Source of the DNA: Eledone cirrhosa
Lineage: Eukaryota
Assembly: GCA_964016885.1 (NCBI GenBank)
Contig: OZ024743.1
Span: 199,454,001-199,518,000, forward strand
Direction of reading: 5' to 3'
DNA: 64,000 nt
Shown in pieces: positions 43,282 through 58,299 of the stretch. Every line of letters starts with the position of its first letter. Within the stretch, counting starts at the first letter, position 1. A program made the translations under genes and the position numbers. The notes beneath the pieces were generated by a model, which worked only from the letters and a program-made list of their open reading frames with translations, was not told the DNA's origin and made no database searches.

Positions 43282-43893
43282 TTGTTACATAATAAGGTTA
43301 TGTTTCCGAGGCAATCCAAATTGAATCGACATGGGAACAGACGAAGTGTGTGCTTTTGGATTCTTCATCCGTTCCCCTGTGAGTACCTCCACCGGTCTGC
43401 GCAGGCGCATGTCCGAAGGAAGTTGACCATTAGCTACCGCAGATTTCAACGAAATTCGCTTAGTAAGTTCCCCCCTCTCAGCCAAACAATGACCCATTCA
43501 GGCCTGTACCTTAGTTTACTGCTACCCATCCCGTCTGTGGCAGTCAGCCGAAAGTCAGAGGGGGTGGGAGAGTGTTAGTATTTACAGGTCACAATACTAT
43601 CTCTCATCAAGCATGGGCAGTACAACTGACCATCAACCCCTAAGAGAAAATATACTTAATTCTAGGTATCATGGTTTTACATTGGAAGTTATGAGTGAGA
43701 GTTAGAAATAAAAATAAAAATTTAAAATCGAAAATCCTAAATCAAATATCAGAAATTATAAATTAAAAAATTAAAAAATTAAAAAATTAATTAGAAATTA
43801 AAAAATTTTTCAAGTGGGAATCTGGATTGAGGTGAGTATCCCATGTCGATTCAATTTGGATTGCCTCGGAAACATAACCTTATTATGTAACAA

Positions 43894-43967
43894 GCTGTCT
43901 GACGATGTCGCGACACTCGCACACAGAACAGTGTGGCCAGTGTCGTCATTGAAATATATATCACAGC
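43894..43967 (+). ncRNA. Type-I hammerhead ribozyme (core CUGACGA)
   Basis: gctgt CTGACGA ... GAAA tatata TC acagc. Confidence 0.7.
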
Positions 43968-43970
43968 ATT

Positions 43971-44290
43971 TTCTACTTTTGGCACAAGGCCAGCAAATAT
44001 CCAGTGCATTACTGGTACTTTATTTTATCGACCCCGTAAGGATGAAAGGCAAAGTCAACCTCGGCGGGATTTGAACTCAGATCGTAAAGGGACGTAAGTA
44101 TGCTGGAAAGCATGGCGTCTGGTAGAGGGTCAGACGCCATGCTTTCCAGCATACTTATGTCCCTTTACAATCTGAGTTCAAATCCCGCCGAGGTTGACTT
44201 TGCCTTTCATCCTTACGAGGTCGATAAAATAAAGTACCAGTAATGCACTGGGTAATTGCTGGCCTTGTGCCTAAAGTAGAAACAATTATT
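43971..44290. mobile_element. Head-to-head fold-back dimer of SINE family A
   Basis: Minus copy 43971-44121 and plus copy to 44290 joined by a 9-nt loop gtagagggt. Confidence 0.9.
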
Positions 44291-45524
44291 ATTAAAGACT
44301 TGAACATCTGAAACTACTTCGCTTTTCCTTATTCGATATTTACTCCGTCACTCCTATGTGGAAAAAGTACGTTGAGTGCTTGAATTGAATTGCATCAATA
44401 TTTACCCTAAGAATTTAGCTCCAATTAGTTGAGCGCTCTATGATGTAACCGATATGGTGGAGAAGAGAGGAACCAACCACGAGCTACCCCTGGAAATTCC
44501 CTCTACCATGGGGATGGAAACCCCTGACACTGGATGGACATAATAGTAACTTTCTGCAGGATAAATACGCGGAAACAAAAACTAAGATACACCCATATTT
44601 TCCTGCACCAAATCGCATTTGAACAGAAGCCCCCTCAATTCAATCTATACATGGACAAATTGACAATCATATGGATCATTTTGCATATATGTACTCTGTG
44701 ATTTTGCATTTATTCATTATTGGTTCTTTTCTTTTGTGTACTTTATATCTGTTTTTTTTTGCTTTTGTTCCATGTGATGGAAATTATGACTGTGTACCAG
44801 ATTGAATATTGCCTTTAATACTGTAATTTACCCTCCGTTCTAATGTACAGCACTATCGTTCACTATGTGGCTAGTGTAGATGAGACATTAGGACCCCTTT
44901 CAGAACTTCTTACTTAAACATCTCTCTGCATATTATTTACTCACTTCAATCTATGTGTTTTTTTACTCACCTCAATCCAGATTCTCACTTGAAAATTTTT
45001 TTAATTTCTAATTGTTAATTTTTTAATTTTTTAATTTTTTAATTTATAATTTTTGATATTTGATTTAGGATTTTCCATTTTAAATTTTTATTTTTATTTC
45101 CAACTCTCACTCATAACTTCCAATGTAAAACCATGATACCTAGAATTAAGTATATTTTCTCTTAGGGGTTGATGGTCAGTTGTACTGTCCATGCTTGGTG
45201 ACAGATAGTATTGTGACCTGTAAATACTAACACTCTCCCATCCCCTCTGACTTTCGGCTGACTGCCACAGATGGGATGAGTAGCAGTAAAAAAAAGGTAC
45301 AGGCCTGAATGGGTCATTGTTTGGCTGAGAGGGGGGAACTTACTAAGCGAATTTCGTTGAAATCTGCGGTAGCTAATGGTCAACTTCCTTCGGACATGCG
45401 CCTGCGCAGACCGGTGGAGGTACTCACAGGGGAACGGATGAAGAACCCAAAAGCACACACTTCGTCCATTCCCATGTCGATTCAATTTGGATTGCCTCGG
45501 AAGCACAAGCTTATTATGTAACAA

Positions 45525-45598
45525 GCTGTCTAACGATGTCGCGACACTGGCGCACGGAACAGTGTGGCCAGTGTCATCATTGAAATATATATCACAGC
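45525..45598 (+). ncRNA. Hammerhead copy with core mutation (CUAACGA), probably inactive
   Basis: Same fold as 43894-43967 but conserved G5 is A. Confidence 0.6.
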
Positions 45599-45645
45599 AT
45601 TATTATTAAAAGACTTGAACATCTGAAACTACTTCGCTTTTCCTT

Positions 45646-45714
<69 letters not shown>

Positions 45715-45798
45715 CCCTCTTCCTGCTATATCAAGCGTTAACCAAATATATACCTTCCATATACTGTACTGATTGTGTTGTTATTTCTGTTTACCTTT

Positions 45799-45834
<36 letters not shown>

Positions 45835-46411
45835 CACACACACACACACACACACACAACAGAAAGTGGTGTCTCAATGACCTGCCTAAGAAAGAAAGGA
45901 CTCAAAATAAAAACTGATTTGGACCATAACAAGCTGTCCAATCCAATCCAGCATGGACAAAGTGGACAAACATTATGATGATGATGATGATGATCTTACT
46001 ACAGCTTCCTCTGAATAAATACCAACTAAGCTTCCCAATAGAGTTTCCTCCTCGTTTAAATGTGGGACCTTAATTGGTGCTGCTTAATCTCAATAATATG
46101 ATAACAACTACTATTTCGAATGCCAACTGGCTATATAAGTTAAATGAAGATAATTGAAATAAACAGGAACAAATCTAGTATATAATGATTTGTAATAAGA
46201 TTCTTCTACCTTATGACATCACTTGGAAAAAATAGAGAAAGAAAGGAAAGAAAGAAAGAAAGAATGAAAGAAAGAATGAAAGAAAAAATGAAAGAAAGCA
46301 ACACATTAAAACTGTCTTCATCTATTTCAATTATCTGATCATAAACCGTTTTCAACATACACATGCACACATAAACACACATACACACTGGTTCATACTA
46401 ATTACTTTCTC

Positions 46412-46442
<31 letters not shown>

Positions 46443-46524
46443 CGTGTGTATATGTATGTATGTACGTATGTATATATATATGTATGTATGTATGTACGTA
46501 TGTATGTTTATATATATATGTATG

Positions 46525-46569
<45 letters not shown>

Positions 46570-46582
46570 GTATGTATGTATG

Positions 46583-46652
<70 letters not shown>

Positions 46653-47675
46653 CACTCATTTATATATTATTCAAAATTATATACACATTATTTATATGAT
46701 TGTCTGTGTAATATATATATTTATAGTAATTTATATATTAATCTATCTGAAATTTCACTCTCTCTCTCCCCTTCTCTCTCTCTCTCTCTCACTTTTTCTC
46801 ACTCTCTATCTCCTTCAGTCCATGTATGTGTGTATATGTGTGCATATGTATGTCTATGTGTATGTGTGTGTATGTATGTTTGTATGTATATCTATGTACG
46901 TGTGTTTGTATGTGTATGTATGTAATTCTATTTACAGGTGCAGAGATATCACTGAAAACCAGCAAAAAGCAACAGATAACATCGCATGGGTAGATTTACA
47001 AATATCTTCCACTTGCAAACATTTAATAATTCGGAGTAACGTAATTGAAACATGAAAAGTAAAACAAAAAAAAAAAATAATCAAAAACAAAAATCAACAG
47101 AATCTTTTCCCCAATCCTTTAGAGTCACATTTAAATTCTTTCCTCTCATTAAACTCTGTTGCATTTTGTAACTCTTTTCTATCTCCCCATGATAACTACA
47201 ATCTGAGATCAATATAGCATAAAATTCTTACATATTTTCAGTACAATCTTCTGAAGTTTTTTCTCCTAACCAGCAAAGAAGGCTGGAAGCTGAATGAACA
47301 TTTCTGGATTTCAAATGCAAAACATGCTTAACAAATGAATGAAGTATATTTTGTTCATTTTGAAAAGCAATTTTCCTTGAAGAATTTTTCCTTCTAGTCA
47401 AAAGTAAAAATTCTTCTTCTTACTTTTCTTATCAAACCTCAAACTAATGTCTCCAGGCAAAAATCACCCCCTACCATGCAGCAGAGATAAGAACTAAGAT
47501 TGGAGCAGCAGATAAATTCTTGGCTAATAACATTACTTTTGTCTTTCTTTCCTTTTTCTAAAACTTTCATGTTATTTCTTTTTTTTTAATGTCTTCATTA
47601 ATATCAATCTTTCTGTCTTATTCTTTTTTTTCACCACCTCCTACACCCCATATATACATATGTATGTATGCAAGA

Positions 47676-49320
<1,645 letters not shown>

Positions 49321-49720
49321 TATATATGATACACAGAGACACAAAGAACAAATAATATTCATAAATGCTTTCAAATTCATATAAATGTTTATATATACAA
49401 ATGTATTTCATATTCATAAATACATACTCATGCACAAACACACATGGTCATTCATGTATATGCATATACATAGAAATGCAAGCATAACTTGCAGTAATTA
49501 TATAGACATATTTTTAGGTGCTATAGGTTAGAAATTCACTTATATATGATGTAAATTTATGTAGTCTATACAATTAAGTTTTAAACAAACTAGAATATTA
49601 AGAAGTAAAATTGAAAAATGTGAATAGCACTATGAGGCATACAGAAACCAGCCCCCAGAAGAGAGAATAATGAAATCTCATTATGTGGGCATGTATGTAT
49701 ATGTTAGTATGTATGTGTGC

Positions 49721-49765
<45 letters not shown>

Positions 49766-49946
49766 ATGTGTGTGTGTGCATACAGAGAGAGAGAGATGTA
49801 AGACATCTAGATATATATATAAAACACAGCAAATAATATACACATATATATATATATATACAAACACAGTATTATCCTCCTCATACTAATATGGAAAAGC
49901 AGATGTAAAAATGTTAATGATATATTTACACACACACACATATATG

Positions 49947-49977
<31 letters not shown>

Positions 49978-50025
49978 ATGCGAGCGTGGAATATGGACGT
50001 TAAACGATGATGATGATGATGATAT

Positions 50026-50059
<34 letters not shown>

Positions 50060-50623
50060 GATGGCTGCCCCCTTATTATCGAGTATGGCCATTGCACGAT
50101 ATACCATTATTAATAATTATTAAGTAATTCTATCATGCAATGCCCGTGCATGAAGATATTTTTTAAAGTGAGGAAAGACTGTGCACTGAGCCAATCCCAC
50201 TCTCTGAGCGACAGTAGCTATAACCCGAAAAGAAGAAAAGATCAACATCATCGGTAACTACTGAGCTGCAGGTTTTATATCGGAGTTATCCCAGTTTCCT
50301 GAGTTGCCTTATATATACATATATATACACATATACATACATACAGGGATGTATTTGTATGTATCTATTTGTCTGTGTTATCCATATGGGCAAGTTGTAT
50401 GAATTCTGCAATATTAAAAGGTAGACCATAATTAGAAAATATGATAGTTTCAATTCCTAGTTGTGATGTTCTGACTGATGCTAAGGTTTTATTAGGTGTT
50501 GGAGTATAAATGTCCTGAGTGCTTCACACATCTATATTTCAAATCATACTTTGGTGGATACTGTTTTGAGAAACAATTGAGTAATTTATTTAACTTTATT
50601 GTACCAGCACTAGATTTAAACTG

Positions 50624-50654
<31 letters not shown>

Positions 50655-51234
50655 TCAGTATATCTCCAATTCATGGATGTTATCCCACCATCTTGTTTGG
50701 GTCTCTTGCTAGATGGCTGTGTCCCTAAAATTGGTCCAGTGATTCTTTCCTCAGACATTTGTAACATATATTAGCAGTAACAGCTGTGATCTTCCAATTC
50801 AGAGAAGTAGCTCTAACAGGAGTAACTAACTGGTCTCTGAGTTACTCAACTTTACTTCAATATATTCAGTATTTACTGTCACTTAATTGGAGTCTGCCCC
50901 ACGACCCTCCCCGTTGGGTGAGTAGAAGAAGAAAATGTATGTATGTCATGTATAGTTCACTGTTTTTTCGAATATGTACACAGTGTCCTATGTTTAAAAA
51001 AAATAAAAGGTTCAATAAAATAGTGCCCATCAAAATCCTGTCCAAATTATGCAGGCATGATGAATGTTGATGAATATAATAGATATTTATTTAATATGTA
51101 TAATTTGCTGCGTCTATGTATGTGAATACAATTATACAAAATAAAGCCCTTGTTGGACACCAGATCTATCACAATAAGTAGCTATCACTATATGAATTAT
51201 ATATACACATTGAGAAGCCTGCATGTTATATATT

Positions 51235-51289
<55 letters not shown>

Positions 51290-51388
51290 ATCATGCAGGG
51301 TGGGCATCCAGCCATAAAAACCAACCCAAAATCAGTTCTGTGTGAGAAAAATACAGTCCTCCCAACCTGGATGTCTCACAATGGGACA

Positions 51389-51430
<42 letters not shown>

Positions 51431-51596
51431 CTGTAAACGTGGTTGGTGTTAGGGAAGGCATCCAACCGTAGAAAACCTGCCAGACAGTCCTATACGAGCA
51501 AGACAACCAATCTTGCCTCAAGTGGGACAATTCCCGTCTAAACCCCTGCTAGCGTGGAAGATAGACGTTAAATGATGATGATGATGATGATGATGA

Positions 51597-51600
<4 letters not shown>
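51290..51600 (+). mobile_element. RTE-type 3' tail fragments
   Basis: 51431-51600 matches 4815-4980. Confidence 0.8.
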
Positions 51601-51643
<43 letters not shown>

Positions 51644-52049
51644 TATATATATACAAATATATGTATACATACGCAAATACATACATATATATGTATGTGG
51701 ATGTGTGTATATTCATATAAACACTGATTAATGAAAATATACAGGCATATATACACTGTTGTTCCTCTACTTTGCTTAAAATACTAGATGAAAAGAACTT
51801 AGCATTTTTCAGGTCTAAGCTCTTAACCTTCAGAATCTGTCTGAGTCATTAATGCTTTTGAAAATGTTTACCATGTGGAGATTGATAGGAAGAAATACCT
51901 CCCAATTGCTATTTTGCATAACAACATAAGCTTTACAGTCCTCTCCATCATGTGTATAATTACAAATCACATTATACTGTTAAATACATGAAATAAAGAA
52001 ATGAATTTGATAAATCAAATAACTTATGATGCAGACTTGGTAACAATAT

Positions 52050-52486
52050 ATCCTAGATGACTTGGGATGAGGTGATAAAAGCCGAACTTACCCAACTACA
52101 CCTCTCAAAGTCAATGACACCCGACCGTGACTTCTGGCGTCACGCAGTAATACAGGGTACCCGACCTCCCATGGGTACATGCTGAAGCATATAAACAATG
52201 TGCCCCCACTCCCCCCACCGCAAGGTGGTCGTGGAGGTGCCACGGCAAAAAAGCACCCAGCCCACACTGTAAAGTGGACGTGTAGGCGCCACGAAAAAGC
52301 ACCCAGAACTCACTGTAAATGAGGTTGGTGTTAGGAAGGGCATCCAGCTGTAGAAATCAAGCCAGATCAGTTCCTGTATGAGCAAGGCATGGTCAGCCGA
52401 CCAGACACTGCACACAACAGGACAACCCGTCTAACCCATGCTAGCGTGGAAGAACGGACGTAAAACGGTGATGATGATGATGATGA
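52050..52486 (+). mobile_element. RTE-type LINE 3' end
   Basis: TWDEVIKAELTQLHLSKSMTPDRDFWRHAV plus 3'UTR and (GAT)n; paralogous to 4455-4980. Confidence 0.8.
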
Positions 52487-52534
52487 TACATATATATATA
52501 TATATATAAAATTATTGCAAGTAACGAAGCAGGC

Positions 52535-52594
<60 letters not shown>

Positions 52595-52640
52595 TAAATA
52601 TGTATACATGTATATAAATAGATGCATATATATATATGCA

Positions 52641-52684
<44 letters not shown>

Positions 52685-52850
52685 GAAGGAAATGTGGTAA
52701 GGAACCAGGTGGACCATAACGCACCAAAGTACTCAATACTTGAGGTAGTAGAGTGGGTAATAGGAACCAGTAAGACCCCAAAATACATAAATACAGATAC
52801 ATATATATATATATACTCTTTTATATATATATATATATACATATATATAC

Positions 52851-52901
<51 letters not shown>

Positions 52902-52990
52902 CATACAAATATATATATATATGCATACATACATACAAATATATATACATACATACAAATATATATGCATACAAATACATACATACATAC

Positions 52991-53037
<47 letters not shown>

Positions 53038-53429
53038 CATACATATTTATATATATTGTTAGGTTTCTTATATTTATTTCACTCTCTTCCTTTTCTTTTT
53101 CTATATATTCATGAAATGCACCCCCATGGATATAGAATGTTCAAATGTTTTGACCAGAAACACAAAACATAGTTAGAGACACCAATGAGCTGACACTTTT
53201 GCACATGGCAATTCCATTGAAGGACTAAAGTTTAAATTTCCATAAATGACATGCCGTCGATGGGTCACCTGTAAAAGGCTCTAGCTGATTTCATTAAATG
53301 TTATTGATCTAACAGCTATCATCTCAACAAAGTTCTAACTAAGTCTCTGAAGTAATTTATTCAGCATGAGGACAAAAGTCTGAAGGAAAACAAAGTAAAG
53401 TTTTAAATGTTAAACAGTTTATTACATAT

Positions 53430-53489
<60 letters not shown>

Positions 53490-53538
53490 TGACGTAAAAG
53501 AAGAAAATTATAAAAATTAACTTACTTACTAAAATTTC

Positions 53539-53620
53539 ACTCCAACTAATTAGTTTCTGAAAGGGAATAAACATGGTTTCCGAATGGAAAGCACGGAGAA
53601 ACCTTTCGTCATCAGGAAGT
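53539..53620 (-). ncRNA. Type-I hammerhead ribozyme-like motif
   Basis: acttc CTGATGA c gaaagg...cctttc a GAAA ctaatta GTT ggagt; palindromic stem III. Confidence 0.55.
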
Positions 53621-54025
53621 TCGTTCTCAGCTAAGTTACCAGGCGATGCGTGGACACAGGGAACTTATACAAAAATAATTCAGTGCGTGGAAAAAAGCCA
53701 GCGTGGACTAAATTCCAAGACATTGAAAAAAATCACTGCCTACTTGGTCGGTGGCAAATTCAAAAGAATCAATCACGTGACATCGAGGTTAATCAGTGAA
53801 GAGTGGGGTGTTAAAAAGACAGTGGCCGAGCCATTACTATGAACTATAGTAGCAGTTTTGGCAAATTTTTGCTCAACAAAATAATTTGGAGATAATTATG
53901 AAGAATTAGTATATCTACCAACATATCTATACAGATGCATGCCTATGCTAGCAAATATATAGGTTTGTCTTAGTAACTTTGTGGTTCAATGCAAGGGGAT
54001 GCAGAACAATTATATGAATGACGTA

Positions 54026-54117
<92 letters not shown>

Positions 54118-54208
54118 ATGTGTGTGTGTATATATATAAATATGAATATATATGTGTGTGTGAGTGTGTGTGTATAAATATCCGTATTCACATACATATA
54201 TATATATA

Positions 54209-55012
54209 TCACGATAAATTAACGGAGGCATATCCCTCGCTATTCCCTGTAAATAGTGTGCTCAAAGGAGAAGAGATCCTGAGCTCTTTAAAATAGTAAC
54301 ACACCAGAGAGAGATATATAGTCCGTTATCAATAATACAGGGAAAAAACCACCAGCGTATGGAATCTATAACCTATGAAAGGCAGACTATAGACACGATA
54401 ATTAAAAATATAAATTAAAGCGTAAATAAATACCTCTATAACAATATAACACACGTACAAATCCAAAGATATGTTTCACCAAAAATTTGTTGAAAGAAAT
54501 GGTCTAGTCTCGGTTCATCAGCGTGTGTAAGGCTATACATTTCAGACAACACTTAGAGAATTTTAAAATTGACTGTCAAGCTACACGTGGGAGAGAGAAG
54601 TCACAGCGTGTTTAAGGGCAGTGAACCAGTGGCCTCTGAGGGACGAACAGCTAGAAAGGGCAGCCCAAAGCCACTCAGAGAAGTGTGCTCAAACAAACAG
54701 AGATAGGAAAGACTGTTATTAGGAGCGAAATTTCACGATAAATTAACGGAGGCATAGGCCTTCGCTATTCCCTGTAAATAGTGTGCTCAAAGGAGAAGAG
54801 ATCCTGAGCTCTTTAAAATACAATATGTTGAAAAGGTAACACACCAGAGAGAGATATATAGTCCGTTATCAATAATACAGGGAAAAAACCACCAGCGTAT
54901 GGAATCTATAACCTATGAAAGGCAGACTATAGACACGATAATTAAAAATATAAATTAAAGCGTAAATAAATACCTCTATAACAATATAACACACGTACAA
55001 ATCCAAAGATAT
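54209..55012 (-). mobile_element. Partial tandem (~523-bp unit plus ~280-bp second copy) carrying an HHR
   Basis: 54209-54472 repeated at 54732-55012; the second copy breaks off inside the HHR. Confidence 0.8.
54449..54528 (-). ncRNA. Type-I hammerhead ribozyme
   Basis: acacacg CTGATGA accga...ttggt GAA acatatc tttg gattt GTA cgtgtgt: all three stems and the core are present. Confidence 0.8.
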
Positions 55013-55289
55013 ATACGTATATATAAATATCCATATATATATATGCTCTGTAAATTCAATATGTGGCAGAATGAACCAGATTTGTATGTTTGAACACATA
55101 AAATGTTTTCTCTGTTATGTCCATGCGTTAGTGACACGTGAGAAAAAAACGGAGGTACTTGGCTGTGTGACTTCAATACGTCAAACATTAAACCAGTTAT
55201 GGAAAACCATAGTGATGGTGATGCTTTAGAAGTTGAACTAAAATTTGAATCCAGAACAAGAAAACAACCGTATCCATCTATGACAACGA

Positions 55290-57600
55290 ACCCAGTCAAT
55301 TAAAAACACTTTTAAACATATATGGGACCATATTTACATTTTAGATTTTTTTAAATTTGATGTGGTAAATCTCTATACTACGGTCAGACATCAATATGCA
55401 CTAGATGTAATAGTATTCTGGCACAAAGAATTCCCTAATGAAATTCCGGGCATAAAAAAGTTTCATTACCAAAAGATTAACATTTTTCTTCTTTTTACCC
55501 ACTTATTCCTGTGTGGGTTGTTAAGGCAGTGTCCTCCAATACGGCTTTCAGTGGATCCTGTCACGAACAACCATCTCCAATTGATCTAACTGGATACCCA
55601 AGTGAGACAAACCGAGCTTATAGATGTTAACCAAATATCTTGCTCGGGGTCTACTATCGTTTCGCTCGTAAAATCTGTCCAGCAATCTTTTCCTGTTACA
55701 TTCTAACCACATGCCCGTCGTATCGGAGCTGTGATCTATCACTTCGGAGGTGTACCGGCTCTACCTGGACCCTTCGTAGAAACCCCATATCGGCCGCCTG
55801 TATTCATAGTCGTATTCTTTCGGTCATTACCCAAGTTTGATGACATAGTTATGGGTTGGCACGAATACCGAATTGAAAATAGCGAAGTTGGCTTTTACAC
55901 CTACTTCCCTTCTTCAGAAGAAGGAATGCTGAAGCTGGCACATTACTGCACCAGCTCCTGCAATTATTGCACTTAATTCAGCCTCTTGCCTTCCAACGCT
56001 CATGAACACAGTCCCGGGATACTTGAACTTCTTCACCTGCTTCACTGGAACTCCAGTCATATGTAGACTGCACTGCGAAGTCTTTGCAGCATTGATTTAC
56101 ATTCTAGCCATGCAGTACTCAGCAACAAATCTATCAAGTATATGTCGGAGATCATCTTCTGACGAGTTAAGTAATACCATGTCGTTTGCAAATTCCAGCC
56201 CACTGATCCTACACCCACCAGTCGTGATTTCACTTCCAACCCGGTTGCTCGTATCAATCCTGTTTGTGAATTAAATTCATTCTACACAATGTTTTTGTTT
56301 TACTTTAATGGCAGCATTTACAAAGATATATCTGCGACCGTGATGGGTACGAACGAAGCTCCGACTTATGACATTCTAATCATGATAGACACGAAGTTCC
56401 AAACATACGAACACTCTATATTAAAATACGGCTTAAATTTCCATAAATATTTGCTAGAAAACCGAGATCGTTACTTCCATGCCTACCTGATTCTGTGAAC
56501 GCACACTGTTGAACAGCTCAATGAATTCAAGATTCTAATTAACAACATAAACAATAATATTAACTTCATAATGACATACGGTATAGTCAGGATCAACTCC
56601 AATTCTTGGACATTTTAATCTCAAAAAATCACAAACATTGAAACTAACATCCACTAACATCCCAACGGACTCTAAACAATATTTGCTATTCATCTCAAGC
56701 CATCCAAGACGAACGAAGACGAATATTTCGTTTAATATAGTAAGAAGTGTCTGCATAATTATTTCAAATTATGAAATTCGGAATAAAAACTCAAGGAATA
56801 AAAACAAACATTATCCATAAAGGTTAATAACGGAACAGAACGTGCTAAAGCAATAGATATCCTAGAACTGCGAAAATAAAACATAAACAATACTTCAAAT
56901 ACACTCAATTGATGGTCAGTTTTGTTTTTGCTCGCCCAACGTTTTTTCTCTCTTTTATGCATTATAAAACGACATTATATTTGTAATGTTCTTCTGAACG
57001 AATTGCGAACAATTTATAATGTTCTTTACACATTTGTAAAGTTATTTATACAACTGTGAATAAAATTTACGTTCTCAATAAATACCTTACACTTCATCAC
57101 AACACATAACACAAGAAATACAAAGGCATACATTATCCTCTAAAGGCATTCATATGAATGAAAACTGCAGGTGAAAAAGAACAAACAACCAAAATCCCTT
57201 TAAAAACAAATACACACCAGTGCCAACACAAACCCAACAGCAACAGTCAAAACATGCGGTCACTTTAATTGCAGGTCTAGCATTGATACATCGTATACAT
57301 TTAAATCAGGACAAATTTTTATTGTAAAAATTAATTTCATCTGTTCGACAAAGAATGTAATATATGCGGTTAGGTGTAAAAGATGTAACGTAGACTACAT
57401 AGGACAAACAAAACTCATCATCAAAAACAGAATGACTCTTCATCGTCAACATATAACGAAACATTAGTGCTAGACATATTCCACTTTGTAGATATCTAGG
57501 TTTATGTGCGACAAATAATCTCTTAAGTTTCACGTCTTCCCATTTTGTTTTTGTTCAGAATATACTAGAGTTTAAGCACTGGTACAGAAAGAACATAAAT
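55290..57600 (+). pseudogene. Decayed Penelope-like element ORF (RT plus GIY-YIG), interrupted by an RTE
   Basis: FDVVNLYTTVRHQYALDVIVFW; FYFNGSIYKDISATVMGTNEAPTY; PTDSKQYLLFISSHPRRTKTNISFN; NFICSTKNVIYAVRCKRCNVDYIGQT. Confidence 0.85.
55485..56270 (-). mobile_element. 5'-truncated RTE-clade LINE (RT C-terminal half to 3' tail)
   Basis: LEFANDMVLLNSSEDDLRHILDRF...INAAKT...VKKFKYPGTVF...RPRARYLVNI; AAG-rich tail. Confidence 0.85.
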
Positions 57601-58299
57601 TTATACAAAAATAAACTTTAGCAAGGTACATTCACTTCTAATTCATATGACATGTTGAAGTTACATTATTTCTTGGGGGCAATGCAAGGACGTAACAAAG
57701 AACTAACAAAATTCTATGCCTAATCACGTGATCATCTTTGACCAAATTGCATCCTACACAGATAGCAATTCAGTCATGTTCTCTCCATGAAAAACAAGAG
57801 AATTTTCGAACTTCCGTCAGAGGGAGATAGTTATGTCAATGCCCAATGTAATAAACTTTTGAAAATACTCAAAAACCTGGAAACCTGTAAGGTATGTTGT
57901 TGTAAATATATCTTCCTCAAAACTTCAAGAGTATTCTCAAATTCTTGTCTTTATATTTCTAAACGTGTGAAATAAAAATGAATACATTCTTTCCTATAAA
58001 TTGAATTAGAGGATTTCGCCGTATATTTGACTAAGTAACATAGTTTGATAATGGGGCTTCTACGCTATGTTATCAGACTATTTTAAAATACAGTGAAATC
58101 TTTTAATACAATTTGCAAATCACGATAGCTGTTTTCTAAACATGTCTCTCTCTCTCTCAAAATTGAATTAGAATATTTCGTCGTATCTTTGATTAAATAT
58201 AACAGGGTATTTAAGACCACTGAACGGGGGAAAAAAAGATGCGGATGCCAATCTTGTTTTCCGCTTATACGCTCCGTTATTATTCTAAGACCACCGTCG

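Larger units (their letters stand above)
43080..45649. mobile_element. Non-coding PLE-like insertion: inverted 5' arm plus partial tandem, three HHR copies
   Basis: 43150-43838 is an inverted copy of 44964-45649; 43839-44335 (minus the SINE pair) is a direct copy of 45470-45649; flanked by (TA)n. Confidence 0.8.

Noticed and set aside
43255-43578. 107-aa ORF mirrored by a 120-aa ORF at 45162-45524
   Set aside because: Duplicated only because it lies in the inverted arms; the two diverge by frameshift and show no recognisable domain
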